IMG/VR virus record: IMGVR_UViG_3300027819_000003
Coordinates: 1-38,373 of that record
Reading direction: 5' to 3' (one strand)
Source: a virus
Lineage: Duplodnaviria; Caudoviricetes
DNA length: 38,373 nt
The notes under the pieces are model-generated. The model saw nothing but the letters and a program-made list of their open reading frames with translations. It was not told the origin of the DNA and searched no databases. Position 1 is the stretch's first letter. Each line of letters begins with the position of its first letter. Shown piece by piece: positions 25,036 through 35,138 of this stretch. A program made the position numbers and the translations under genes.

Positions 25036-25953
25036 ATGAGTATAACCAATTTCAATCCAACAATCTGGAGCAAGGCCCTGCTAGCCAACTTGAACAAGGT
25101 CCATGTGCACGCTGATGTGCTGAACAGGGATTACGAGGGCGAGATTAAGGAAGCAGGCGACACAGTTAAGATATCCTCAATCGGACGCATCACCGTCAAG
25201 GCTTATACCCGTAACGCAGGACTGGGAGGCACCGCGGCCAGCCCGACCATTACAGGCATTGAGCGCCCGGAGATACTACAGGGTTCCTCGCAGTTCCTCA
25301 CCATCTCAGAAGGCGATTACTTCAACTTCGCGATTGATGATGTGGACGCGAGACAACAGAAGCCGAAGCTGGTGAACGAGGCCATGAGCGAGGCGGCCTA
25401 CAGCATGGCCGATGCCATTGACCTGTTCGTCAACTCCACGCTTCAGACAGGCGTCGCAGGCACAGCCGATGGCAATGGCAACCGTCTGACAGCACGGACT
25501 ATCGGCACAGGCGCAGGCGATGATGACGCCTATGAGACCCTTGTGGACCTGCGGACCAAGCTCAAGGAGAACGACGTGACCGGCTCCCTGTGGGTCATAG
25601 TCCCGCCCTGGTTCTACGGCGCACTTCAGAAGGACGACAGGTTCGTCAACTACGGCACCGGCGAGAACAGGGATACGCTTGCAAACGGCAACATTGGCCG
25701 CGCGGCAGGGTTCGAGGTAAAGGAGAGCAACAACCTCTCCGGCGCAACATCCGGCACCCTGGCCGTTGCAGGCGGCGTATATACCATACTGGCCGGAGTC
25801 AAAATGGCCGCTACGTTTGCACAGCAGATAGAGAAGGTGGAGGCGTTCAGGCCGGAGGATGGCTTCAACGACGCCGTGAAGGGCTTGAATTTGTACGGCT
25901 GCAAGGTGACCCGCCCGTACGCGCTCGCCAGTGTCGCCGTGACGAAAGCCTAA
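25036..25953 (+). CDS. Major capsid protein (P22/T7-like coat)
   Basis: NFNPTIWSKALL...NRDYEGEIKEAGDTVKI...FAIDDVD...GFEVKESNNL...DAVKGLNLYGCKVTRP. Confidence 0.93.
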   Translation: MSITNFNPTIWSKALLANLNKVHVHADVLNRDYEGEIKEAGDTVKISSIGRITVKAYTRNAGLGGTAASPTITGIERPEILQGSSQFLTISEGDYFNFAIDDVDARQQKPKLVNEAMSEAAYSMADAIDLFVNSTLQTGVAGTADGNGNRLTARTIGTGAGDDDAYETLVDLRTKLKENDVTGSLWVIVPPWFYGALQKDDRFVNYGTGENRDTLANGNIGRAAGFEVKESNNLSGATSGTLAVAGGVYTILAGVKMAATFAQQIEKVEAFRPEDGFNDAVKGLNLYGCKVTRPYALASVAVTKA

Positions 25954-25988
25954 ACTGCCGTAGTAGCCTAAAAGGAGAGAAATAAAGC

Positions 25989-26387
25989 ATGGCAACCACA
26001 GCTATTACCACGGAACTTTTAACACTCAACACCCGGAGCGCAGACCTGCCCTTCATAGCGGGTGGCGGATCTGCCAACGCCATTGTTGCCACTGCGGCTG
26101 CCGATGGCTGGATAGTCAGTCCTCCATCCGGCCAGCAGTTCGACGAGCGGCTGGTGTTCATACTAGGATCCGACGGGTCCGGCGGCACGGTGACATTCAA
26201 GGCGGGAGACCGCTATCCGGCGCAGCGTGCAGACCTGGGAGACCTCATAATCACGCTTGCCGCCGATGACGGCCGAGTGGTGTTCGTAGAGACCAGCAGG
26301 TTTATGCAGAACGACGGCACCATCAACGTCATACCGTCCACCACAGGCCTTGTAATAACGGCGGTCATGGTGCCAAAAGGCGCGTAA
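25989..26387 (+). CDS. Putative head decoration or minor capsid protein
   Basis: Beta-rich 132 aa directly after the major capsid gene. Confidence 0.6.
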   Translation: MATTAITTELLTLNTRSADLPFIAGGGSANAIVATAAADGWIVSPPSGQQFDERLVFILGSDGSGGTVTFKAGDRYPAQRADLGDLIITLAADDGRVVFVETSRFMQNDGTINVIPSTTGLVITAVMVPKGA

Positions 26388-26440
26388 CAGTAAACGGCGG
26401 AATGCCGGCCGCGTAAGCGGCATCTCGGAAGGAGATAAAT

Positions 26441-27202
26441 ATGCCAAAGAAATTCTACTTACCAATGACACGCAAGCACGTAACCTCGGGTTCGCGCTGG
26501 GCGCATGAGATCGGTACAGACTACTGGCTCATGGTGCCCGGCACGCTCGATATATTCGCAGCAGCGTCCACCGCGACAGGCGACGAGCTTGCCGAGAATG
26601 GCTGGGTCTCAACCTCCCTGGTTCTTACGGCTGGCTCTGGCGCAGACTTCGGCTCTTCATCGGACAAGGGGACACCGCCCCATGCACTGACCAATGCCAG
26701 CGCCGACCTCTTGGAATCGCCCGCCATCTTTGGCGACTATGTGCACATGAGAGCCGCCGCTGACATTGCAGGTATGGCATCACTGCCCCGGTTCCTCATC
26801 GCCCGCTTCTGGGGTAACATGACAGTCAGCTCTGCCGATGAGCCACGTTCAGGCTGGGGATTCATCGAGGACGGCGGCAGCGCCGCAACCGAAGCAGATC
26901 AAGCCGCGTGGATATCTTCGGACGGCTCGAACTTCCAGATCGGAGCAAATGCGGGGACGCCGGATAACTTTGCGACGGATGACACCGACACATGGCATGA
27001 GTTCGCTATAGTGATGGCGGTAACGGAGCAACGCGCATACGCCTTCATTGATCCGACCTGGCGTTTTGGCTCGCCGCCCATAGGCTCATCTGACGGGTCT
27101 GTGGCGATTGTGGCGGATGAAGCGCCCTATAGCTTCGGCTTCCATGCGCTGACAACCAACAGGCCTGCGTTGGGGCTGACACATATTTACTACGAATGGT
27201 AG
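26441..27202 (+). CDS. Putative virion structural protein (beta-sandwich-like)
   Basis: Strong RBS, composition, position. Confidence 0.6.
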   Translation: MPKKFYLPMTRKHVTSGSRWAHEIGTDYWLMVPGTLDIFAAASTATGDELAENGWVSTSLVLTAGSGADFGSSSDKGTPPHALTNASADLLESPAIFGDYVHMRAAADIAGMASLPRFLIARFWGNMTVSSADEPRSGWGFIEDGGSAATEADQAAWISSDGSNFQIGANAGTPDNFATDDTDTWHEFAIVMAVTEQRAYAFIDPTWRFGSPPIGSSDGSVAIVADEAPYSFGFHALTTNRPALGLTHIYYEW

Positions 27203-27238
27203 TGTTCTAGCTGGTAGCAAAGTAAAAGGAGTAACGAA

Positions 27239-27883
27239 ATGTCCGTAGCGACCATGATAAGAGCAATCGTGCGAGGCTCCTCTGAGGAGGGCAACGCAGA
27301 GATAGATAAGGCGAGGCAGGTCCTGGTCTCGCAGGGATACCCCGCGCTGACTGAGCTTACCCGCAGAGGCAAGGGCTATCAGGCGATGACCACAGCGGCC
27401 GGCGCTGCCCTGGTAGTTAGACCATCGACCGTGGCGCTTGCCACACTGCATAATCTGGCAACCAGCCCGTTTCACCTGGTGATCTACAGGGTGTTTGCCT
27501 TCAACCTAGTGTCTACGGCGGCCGAGGCCCGTGCCGGCATCTGGCTTTGCTCGCATCCCGTGGGGCAGACTGCGCCGACCAACGACATTACCGTGAGAAA
27601 CAGCACATCAGGGAAAGCCGCCGGCGATGGCGGACATACCATCCTGGATGCAGGCGCCACCGTTGCGGATGATGGCTGGTTCCCCTGGGGCGACGGCAAG
27701 TTTGACGTTGAGCCAACCGGCGTGTTGCCCGGCGCTGTCAGCAGTCCCATAATCAACGGCGCTATCATTGTGCCGCCTGGTGCAGGGCTATCCGGCACCG
27801 TAGTATCCTCGGTGGCAGGCAACACCTACACCTTCGGATTCCACTGGTTCGCAGTGCCCAACTCGGAGATGTCCATAGATTAA
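27239..27883 (+). CDS. Putative virion structural protein
   Basis: Strong RBS; A/G/T/V-rich. Confidence 0.6.
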   Translation: MSVATMIRAIVRGSSEEGNAEIDKARQVLVSQGYPALTELTRRGKGYQAMTTAAGAALVVRPSTVALATLHNLATSPFHLVIYRVFAFNLVSTAAEARAGIWLCSHPVGQTAPTNDITVRNSTSGKAAGDGGHTILDAGATVADDGWFPWGDGKFDVEPTGVLPGAVSSPIINGAIIVPPGAGLSGTVVSSVAGNTYTFGFHWFAVPNSEMSID

Positions 27884-27918
27884 AAGGTCTAATTTCTTAG
27901 GGAAGGAGGCCCTAATCT

Positions 27919-28944
27919 ATGGCTATACTGTTTAATGCGCTACAGACGGTCACGGCCGATTCTGGCAAGCTGGACGTTGGCGGACATCCGTTCAACGCGT
28001 TCAGCTTTGTCACGTCCGGCTTCAGCGGCAGTCTGCAAATACAGGGCCAGTTCAATAACGATGCCACATGGAGACGCGTCCGGTATTGGACATTTAACCC
28101 TGCGACATTGGAGCAAACGGGGCCTCATGATGGCCCCATAGTTCCTCCTGCTACGGGCGAGATGCACTACTACACCTTTAGCGCTCTGCGGTCTTTGCGC
28201 GTCAGCAAGACGCAGGGCGGCGGCACCATTGTAGTAGACCACTTCCATCCTCCGATTGAGGAGTCGCTGCTTGTCCTCAATGGTGGCGGTAGTAGCGCGG
28301 CGACATCCACAGAAGTCACACAGAGCACACCTGAGAGTCTACAGGTACAGGCACATCTGACCTGGGGCGGCGAAGATGTGGACGAACTGCATAGGGTGCC
28401 TGTAGATACCAATATGGAGGATAACCTGCGGGCCATCGCTGCCCGGCTTCTGGCGTCCGGCACCACTACCAGCAAGGCGGAGAAGGCGCTGGCAGCGGCC
28501 GGAGACTATGCCGCCAATGATGTTCTGAGCGAAAGCGCTACATCCGGCGTAGGCCGAAGCTGGTACTTCCCCAACTGTGCACTCGAACCGGGGCGCAGCT
28601 TCCTGATTATGGGCATTAGGGCGCGCATCACCGAGGATAGCGTTACCTTCCGCCCGCAGGTCAACTTCTTCCGGCAGAACCCTACCGCATCCGAGCTTGA
28701 CGATAACGCAGCCTATAATATGGTGGCAGCGGATAACAGGGGAAAGTCTCTGGGGCCATATACATTGCCTGCGTTCAGCGACATCGGGGCCGAAACTCTG
28801 TCGGTGGACAATGATATCCGTATGATGATAACGCCCGCGGGCAACGAGATGGGCGTCTATGCCATTGTCAAGACTCTGGACGCGGAGGCCAACGAGACTG
28901 CGGGGATGGTGCTGGAAATAGAGCTTGAAGTTATACAGTTTTGA
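27919..28944 (+). CDS. Putative virion structural protein (two domains)
   Basis: AAGGAGG RBS; GGGSSAATST linker. Confidence 0.6.
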   Translation: MAILFNALQTVTADSGKLDVGGHPFNAFSFVTSGFSGSLQIQGQFNNDATWRRVRYWTFNPATLEQTGPHDGPIVPPATGEMHYYTFSALRSLRVSKTQGGGTIVVDHFHPPIEESLLVLNGGGSSAATSTEVTQSTPESLQVQAHLTWGGEDVDELHRVPVDTNMEDNLRAIAARLLASGTTTSKAEKALAAAGDYAANDVLSESATSGVGRSWYFPNCALEPGRSFLIMGIRARITEDSVTFRPQVNFFRQNPTASELDDNAAYNMVAADNRGKSLGPYTLPAFSDIGAETLSVDNDIRMMITPAGNEMGVYAIVKTLDAEANETAGMVLEIELEVIQF

Positions 28945-28952
28945 GGTGAGCA

Positions 28953-29192
28953 ATGGCCGAGACACGAGCTACAAGAGACGCACGTATAGCCAGGCTTGAA
29001 GGCATGGGGGTACGAACACGCTTTGCACTCAGGGCCGTCAACGAGCGAGCGCTTACTGATGATGACATCGCCTGGAACGCGAAGCTAGGACGCCCTCCAC
29101 ACTGGAAAGAGACTTTGGACTTGCCGAAGGAGGCTGAACGGCGCGCAGAGTTTACGCGACTGCATCCACCGGCTCCGTCGGTGATAGTCTGA
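28953..29192 (+). CDS. Hypothetical basic protein
   Basis: GAGGTG RBS; coupled. Confidence 0.6.
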   Translation: MAETRATRDARIARLEGMGVRTRFALRAVNERALTDDDIAWNAKLGRPPHWKETLDLPKEAERRAEFTRLHPPAPSVIV

Positions 29193-29953
29193 TGGTCAAG
29201 CTGCTACGCAGCGGGATATTCGACCCGCCTCCATATCCACGACGCCTAAAGCGGGATCTGTCTGCCCTCTGGCCGCTGGATGAAGCATCCGGTAATAGGC
29301 GTGATGTCAGTGGCAACGCCAATACTCTGACGGACAATTTTACCGTTACGCAGGCAGATGGGCCGAGCATCTATATCCCGAAGGCGGCGCAGTTTACTAG
29401 GGCTAACACTGAGTATCTAACCGTAGCCGATAATACTTTTGTGTCGATGGGGGCGGGCGTCCGAATGAGTATGTCGGCCTTTGTCTATGCGGATAGTCTG
29501 CCTGCTGGCGATATGAGTATCATGGGTCGTTGGGATGCAATAGCACTACAAAACCAGCGCTCCTGTGCGTTGTATTGGACGAATACCACTAACCGCTTTG
29601 TGTTTATTGTATCTCCTGATGGGACAAACACCTCGGAAATATCCGTGTCTGCTGCTACCTTTGGAGCTGTGAGTGCGACAACCTGGTACCTCGTGGCCTG
29701 TGGGTATGACGGTGCACGCATATACATCTCCGTCAACAACGGGCCTGCTGATAGTGTAGCGTACAGCGCAGATTTATTTGATGCTAGCCATGCCTTTGCT
29801 ATTGGCGCTCTTGTGAATAATGCCAGTAGTACAGCGTATTGGGATGGCCGTATAGCTCAACCCACTCTACACAAGCGGGTAGTGACAGCACAAGAAAACA
29901 CCTGGCGCTACAACAATAGACAAGGCCGCTCACTAGCACAGTTACGCTTCTAA
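29192..29953 (+). CDS. LamG/ConA-like lectin domain protein (candidate receptor binding)
   Basis: WPLDEASG...TWYLVACGYDGARIYISVNN...FAIGA...YWDGRI. Confidence 0.85.
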   Translation: MVKLLRSGIFDPPPYPRRLKRDLSALWPLDEASGNRRDVSGNANTLTDNFTVTQADGPSIYIPKAAQFTRANTEYLTVADNTFVSMGAGVRMSMSAFVYADSLPAGDMSIMGRWDAIALQNQRSCALYWTNTTNRFVFIVSPDGTNTSEISVSAATFGAVSATTWYLVACGYDGARIYISVNNGPADSVAYSADLFDASHAFAIGALVNNASSTAYWDGRIAQPTLHKRVVTAQENTWRYNNRQGRSLAQLRF

Positions 29954-29965
29954 AAAAGGATAACT

Positions 29966-30565
29966 ATGGGTGAACTAGAAGTAAGGACCCGCTGGAATTA
30001 TGTAGGCCCTGATTGCTGGTCTATGCCGGGCGATGGGCATCTGTACAGTGACCCTGACTGCGAAAGCTCCGCCCTGACCTACAAGACCAGAATCGAGAAC
30101 TACCAGAAGTCCGATATCCTCCTACAGGCTACCGTCTTGGCATACGGCAGCGTGCTGGATATCAACGGGCAGGAGCGCTATTACAGCGGCTTTGGGCTTG
30201 TGGCTGAAGATGATCCTGCTATGTCGTACGCCATGATACAGCTAACGCGCAATGTCGCACCCGCTCCCTACGGCGTTCACGCTGTTACGCTCACGGTCAA
30301 TGGCGTCGGCTATAAGCTGATGGATGCCGTACCGAGAACCGTCTATACGTTGAAGCTCCGGTATCTCGGTCGCACCAATACGCTCTTGGCGTACGTGAAC
30401 GGAGCGCTGAAGAAGACAATGAGTTGGGTGCCAACAATGGCACCATATCTTGAGGTTATCAACGTAGCTGTGGAGGCTGGACAGGTAGGGCCAGAGCGGG
30501 CATATTGCGACATAGGCAGCCTGATCCACAACGTGAGCGAGTATAACACCGAGGCATGGACGTAG
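29966..30565 (+). CDS. Beta-sandwich-like hypothetical virion protein
   Basis: YTLKLRY...LLAYVNG; AAAGGA RBS. Confidence 0.6.
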   Translation: MGELEVRTRWNYVGPDCWSMPGDGHLYSDPDCESSALTYKTRIENYQKSDILLQATVLAYGSVLDINGQERYYSGFGLVAEDDPAMSYAMIQLTRNVAPAPYGVHAVTLTVNGVGYKLMDAVPRTVYTLKLRYLGRTNTLLAYVNGALKKTMSWVPTMAPYLEVINVAVEAGQVGPERAYCDIGSLIHNVSEYNTEAWT

Positions 30566-30566
30566 T

Positions 30567-30812
30567 GTGGCCGACAATGACCGTGAAATCAGGCAAATAC
30601 TTGGAAACCAGCACTGGATCAAGTCTGCGTTGGCCGAGCTATTAGAGAACAACGCCGCCATTATCTCCAACCAGCAGACGCAGATAACCACGCTGGCGTC
30701 TATCCTATCGGCGTTGGAAGCCATACGAGACCAACACTCGACCGCCAAAGAGATACAGGTCGCGCTGGATGAGATAAATAGGAATATCGGTTGGATGCTA
30801 GATAAGATGTAA
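30567..30812 (+). CDS. Coiled-coil hypothetical protein
   Basis: Heptad pattern; in operon. Confidence 0.6.
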   Translation: MADNDREIRQILGNQHWIKSALAELLENNAAIISNQQTQITTLASILSALEAIRDQHSTAKEIQVALDEINRNIGWMLDKM

Positions 30813-30823
30813 AGGAGAGCCTG

Positions 30824-30934
30824 ATGCCCAAAGCAAGACCTATGCCAATGAAGCACAGTACGCACAAGATGCCAAACGGGAAGACCATGTCGGATAAGGA
30901 TATGGGCAAGCACAAGGGAGGCAAGAAGAAGTGA
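30824..30934 (+). CDS. 36-aa basic Met/Lys/His-rich microprotein (not in ORF track)
   Basis: MPKARPMPMKHSTHKMPNGKTMSDKDMGKHKGGKKK*; AAGGAG RBS; GTGA coupling. Confidence 0.7.
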   Translation: MPKARPMPMKHSTHKMPNGKTMSDKDMGKHKGGKKK

Positions 30935-31122
30935 AGAAAACAATCACCATAATTCTTAGCGACACGGGGGAGGTCCTTGTCAACGGCCCTATCCAGGAGA
31001 AGGGCGTGTGTTTGATGAAGCTGGAACCGGCGAAGGATGCTATTCTAGAGCATCACCGCAAGGCCGCGGCCAGCCCCATCATGCCCGCAACGATCCTGCC
31101 GATGAGCAAGAACGGTAAGTAG
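30931..31122 (+). CDS. Hypothetical protein
   Basis: GGAGG RBS; coupled. Confidence 0.6.
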   Translation: MKKTITIILSDTGEVLVNGPIQEKGVCLMKLEPAKDAILEHHRKAAASPIMPATILPMSKNGK

Positions 31123-32018
31123 TGGCACTTGACAAGCGGGAGGTACGCCAAGCTGTAGCGCCCACCGTTGGAGACCTGGGCGTGACAGGCTATATCACCA
31201 CGACTGCGGCGGGCAACGCCAACGGCCTGACGTTCGTCACAAGCCAGTTCTATGGCTATGGTGCTGATCATCTCCGCAATCTGTGGATTCTGCCGACCTC
31301 CGGCACACAGGAAGGCAAGTACCGCGAGATAGACGACTTCGACGGCACGACGCCGGCCAGCTCGTCTACAAGCACCATCAAGGGGACTGCATGGAGCGCG
31401 GCGCTTGCATCCGGCGTGACTGGCGAGCTATACCGCTACGACCCAGCCCTGTACACGATAGCGATAAACAACGCTATAAAGTCCGCTTACCAGTGGATTT
31501 TCAACCCTGCGCTGGATAGCTCCATCACACTAACGGCTCAGGACTTCCGGTATACGCTGCCGACAGGCATAACACCCCAGATGGTGAAGCGCGTGATGAC
31601 CGAAGGCAATTCTCCCTATGACTCACAGCCCTACTATAACCGCGAGGATTATGTGTTCAGCCCTGACAATACCGAGATATGGTTCAATATGAGGTACGTC
31701 AAGAACGAGGTCGACTTCACGACCGGGAAGAAATTATACATCTATGCTCAGAAGTACCTCACCGAACTGGACGCGGACACCAACCTCACTATTGTGACAG
31801 ACAGCACCGACAAGATAGAGCTTACCAAGACGACCGACCACTGGCGTCTTTTCCTCATGTTCTGCACGGCCGAGATGTTTACGTTGTTGGCAGGGATAGC
31901 GAGCAACCCAGACCGCTCAACTCACTCCAAGCAGCGGGATGAGTCCTGGGACCTGGCGCTGAAGCAGGCTCCGCTACTGGCAATGCCCGCCATGCCGACC
32001 GCGTACAGTTGGAGCTAG
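31122..32018 (+). CDS. Putative head-tail adaptor
   Basis: AINNAIKSAY...SITLTAQDFRYTLP pattern; position before nozzle-sized gene. Confidence 0.6.
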   Translation: MALDKREVRQAVAPTVGDLGVTGYITTTAAGNANGLTFVTSQFYGYGADHLRNLWILPTSGTQEGKYREIDDFDGTTPASSSTSTIKGTAWSAALASGVTGELYRYDPALYTIAINNAIKSAYQWIFNPALDSSITLTAQDFRYTLPTGITPQMVKRVMTEGNSPYDSQPYYNREDYVFSPDNTEIWFNMRYVKNEVDFTTGKKLYIYAQKYLTELDADTNLTIVTDSTDKIELTKTTDHWRLFLMFCTAEMFTLLAGIASNPDRSTHSKQRDESWDLALKQAPLLAMPAMPTAYSWS

Positions 32019-32019
32019 C

Positions 32020-34173
32020 ATGGTACAGCCGCAGCGAGCTTGGGACTTCACCTTAGCCTCCGGTGGCACCACCCTCAATATCATGGTGGCGAGAGGCGAA
32101 AACAACGAGCCTCTATTCAGTGTCACATCCGCACCCACGCTGCAAGACCAGGTGGATACCCGCGAAGAGGTGACGTATTCCTCCGTGCCTCCGAGCCAGG
32201 GCAAGACACAGGCCATAGTTGACGTGAGTAAGGGCGCAGGGCACCGAGACTGGAAGCCGGGCGGATATGCGTTTGCCGAGTCTATAGAGACTGAGGACGG
32301 CATTATCAGGCCGGGGCCGCTCCTGGCGCAGACCACACTCTCAGGCGGCGGCGCGCTGGATGGCACGATAGTCGCCAATACTCTACACAGTGACGGCATA
32401 ACGTATATAGCCGCAGGACGGAAGGTATACCGCTGGAACTCCACGAACCAGAACTGGGAGGAACCATCCGCGCAGCCTGACGCGACGGCAACGCTTACCG
32501 ACCTGCTGAGCTTCAGCGCCAAGCTCTATGCCTTCTTTGGTGCCACTCGCAACATGCGGTATTCAGCCGATAACGGCGCAACCTGGGCTGATGTGCCTGG
32601 CTTTACCGCAGCCGGCGATTCGAAGGCACGGACAGGCTGTATCAGAGAGCAACGGACAACGCGCCCACGCCTGCTGGTGGTGGTAGACCCCGACCTGAGC
32701 TTTGAGGCAGAAGACCCTGTGACTCTTACCTCGTGGGATACAGGCAGCCGCATTGGGCAGGAGTCCACCGCCATCGATGGGTTTACCAGCGTCACGGTAG
32801 CGCCGGACGGGGCCTTGCTGTTCGGGAAGAAGATGGGCTGGCGCACGATGGACGCATTCGGCAACGTAGACCCTCTCTTTGCGGCGACGTGGCTATCCAC
32901 AGGCCAGGGCAAAGCCAACTTCTACAGGCCGGTTGTAGGCCCGCGACGTAATCTTTACACCATAGTCCACGACTACGATATCATAGAGTATGACAACGGA
33001 AGGCCGTCGCCCGGCTTCGGCCCAGCCCGTTTTGGGAAGGGTGTAAGCGAGATGGAGAAGGCGTTGGTCGGACTGGCGGGAGATGGTCAGGACAGGATTT
33101 ACGTAGCGCTCGCCGGCTCCGAGGGCTACGTCATGAAGGGTACGTATCTGGACGCCGATGGATCAGACCGCGGACAGTGGCGTTACCACGGCGCATATTG
33201 CAAGGTAGGAGTCGCATTGACGTACCTCTGGATGGCGACAGACCCGAACGATAACCAGCTTTACCTCTGGATGGCCCCGTCTGCAACGCCCTTCAGACCT
33301 TATAGAGCGCTTATTCCGAGGGAGAATCTGGATATCGACACCAACGCTCGGTTTGTCTCATCGGCCAATATCCGCTTTGGGTACCACGATAACGGCTTCG
33401 CACATGATACAAAAGTGGGGCTACAGGCGATGCCGGTGACACGCAATCTCCTACCAGGGACACGCTCGGTCGAGCTACAGTTCAGGACGGATGACGCTAC
33501 ATCTTTCACGTCGATAGGCTCGTACACTGACAGCCCGGAGCCTAGCAATACGGTTGATACCTATTATCCGGCGGGCACTACAGGCAAGAAGATAGAGCTT
33601 AAGGCTATCATCACCAACTCATCGAGTACAGGACAGGCCATTATTGACAGAATCGTGGCAAGACATCTGACAAGGCATCTCCGCACCAACATTATTACAG
33701 CCACCATACTGGCGAATAGGGGGCAGCTTACCCGCATGGGCGCCAGGTCAGACGTTTCAGGCTCAGGGCTTAGAGATGCGCTGGACGATATGATGAAAGC
33801 ATCCGTGCCTCCGCTGCTCACGGATGATGACGCCCGTACGTGGACGGTGGATATTCAGGATATCGACGAGGTGAAGCTGAAGAAGGGCGACTATGCCTTT
33901 AAAGTCACGATGCTCGAAATACCCACGATCCAGTCAATCGCCAGTTCAGTGGCAGGGGTAAGCCACAGCCACAAGACGGATAGTTTCACGGGAGATGGCA
34001 TCGCTGCTACAGTGACACTGACCAGCCAGCCCATAGGGCCTGTATTCGTCACGAAGAATGACACGTATATGGTAGAGGGAGTGACCGAGGACTTTACCCG
34101 CTCCGGCACTACTATCACATTTGCGGTAGTACCGGCCAGCGGCGCTGATATCAGAGTACATTATCCCTATTAG
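32020..34173 (+). CDS. Putative tail nozzle or DNA-stabilisation protein
   Basis: 717 aa; beta-propeller-like segments with Asp-box YSADNGATW. Confidence 0.65.
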   Translation: MVQPQRAWDFTLASGGTTLNIMVARGENNEPLFSVTSAPTLQDQVDTREEVTYSSVPPSQGKTQAIVDVSKGAGHRDWKPGGYAFAESIETEDGIIRPGPLLAQTTLSGGGALDGTIVANTLHSDGITYIAAGRKVYRWNSTNQNWEEPSAQPDATATLTDLLSFSAKLYAFFGATRNMRYSADNGATWADVPGFTAAGDSKARTGCIREQRTTRPRLLVVVDPDLSFEAEDPVTLTSWDTGSRIGQESTAIDGFTSVTVAPDGALLFGKKMGWRTMDAFGNVDPLFAATWLSTGQGKANFYRPVVGPRRNLYTIVHDYDIIEYDNGRPSPGFGPARFGKGVSEMEKALVGLAGDGQDRIYVALAGSEGYVMKGTYLDADGSDRGQWRYHGAYCKVGVALTYLWMATDPNDNQLYLWMAPSATPFRPYRALIPRENLDIDTNARFVSSANIRFGYHDNGFAHDTKVGLQAMPVTRNLLPGTRSVELQFRTDDATSFTSIGSYTDSPEPSNTVDTYYPAGTTGKKIELKAIITNSSSTGQAIIDRIVARHLTRHLRTNIITATILANRGQLTRMGARSDVSGSGLRDALDDMMKASVPPLLTDDDARTWTVDIQDIDEVKLKKGDYAFKVTMLEIPTIQSIASSVAGVSHSHKTDSFTGDGIAATVTLTSQPIGPVFVTKNDTYMVEGVTEDFTRSGTTITFAVVPASGADIRVHYPY

Positions 34174-34181
34174 GTAAGTCT

Positions 34182-34949
34182 ATGGGCACTCGGCATATAC
34201 ACGTAATGGAGATAAAGAGCGGCTGGCCTGACAAGACCTGGGTACTGGGGCACAGACCGGACGGCGAAGAGATGATCATGGTGCGAGACGGCTCGCCTGC
34301 GCCCCTACACCGTGATGAGGACTGGGGCTTTGTGGGTAACGTTCTTACGATGACACACCAGCCTACCGATGGCGTAAAGCACTTCCTGTATTACAGCCAC
34401 AGCGGGATATTCTCCACAGCACCTATTTCCGACCCCCTGGTTACAGTGACCAGCCCTCAGTATCTATATCCGAGAGAGAACGGGGCAACCGCTCAGTGGC
34501 AGACAGGCAGCCCAGCGGATATAGATGATACGCAGCCTATATCCAGTCACGATGGTGATACGACGTACATGGAGAATACGGCAGCCAACGGCGGCGATGA
34601 CAGAGTGCATCTGTTTAAGAAAAGACCCTTTCTGCCGATACCCGCAGGTCAAACAATAACGAATGTTATTCTGAGGGCGGCAGGCAGAAGAGTCTCCGGC
34701 GCATCGTCTACGGCTAGAACACGGCTCAGAATAAGCGGCACTACGACCACCAACTCCACGCTGTTTACGATGATCTCGCCGGGCACTACATACCAGACTG
34801 GATCTGTGACCTTTACCACGAACCCTGTGACGGGCAACGCATGGACGCCCGAAGAGGTGGAAGAGATGGAGATAGGTGCTATCATAGACGCAGACGGTGC
34901 GGGCGTCCATAGGATCACGGCATTGTTTTTAGAGGTCAATTATGCGTAA
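34182..34949 (+). CDS. Putative tail-associated protein
   Basis: T/G-rich beta domain, TTNPVTGNAWT...LFLEVNY. Confidence 0.6.
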   Translation: MGTRHIHVMEIKSGWPDKTWVLGHRPDGEEMIMVRDGSPAPLHRDEDWGFVGNVLTMTHQPTDGVKHFLYYSHSGIFSTAPISDPLVTVTSPQYLYPRENGATAQWQTGSPADIDDTQPISSHDGDTTYMENTAANGGDDRVHLFKKRPFLPIPAGQTITNVILRAAGRRVSGASSTARTRLRISGTTTTNSTLFTMISPGTTYQTGSVTFTTNPVTGNAWTPEEVEEMEIGAIIDADGAGVHRITALFLEVNYA

Positions 34950-34963
34950 GGAACCTACGTTTA

Positions 34964-35126
34964 ATGTCTGACCCCGTAGTGGTCGCGCAAGCACAACGCC
35001 CGACGACAACGGCACTGGCGGATCGTACCACATAGCCACGACGCCAAACGGTACAGAGACGCACTGCTGTCTCTACTCACAGCGCTGTCCACGCTGGGAC
35101 TGGTGATGGACAAAACTACCGCATAA
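34964..35126 (+). pseudogene. Possible frameshifted small gene
   Basis: MSDPVVV... stops at 35035; +1 frame IVPHSHDAKRYRDALLSLLTALSTLGLVMDKTTA* has no start of its own. Confidence 0.4.
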
Positions 35127-35138
35127 GGGAGACTACCA

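Noticed and set aside
26404-26422. GCCGC-GTAA-GCGGC hairpin as a terminator
   Set aside because: No U-tract; at most a stabilising or pausing hairpin
29192-34949. Diversity-generating retroelement acting on receptor-binding genes
   Set aside because: No reverse transcriptase and no TR/VR pair seen by eye
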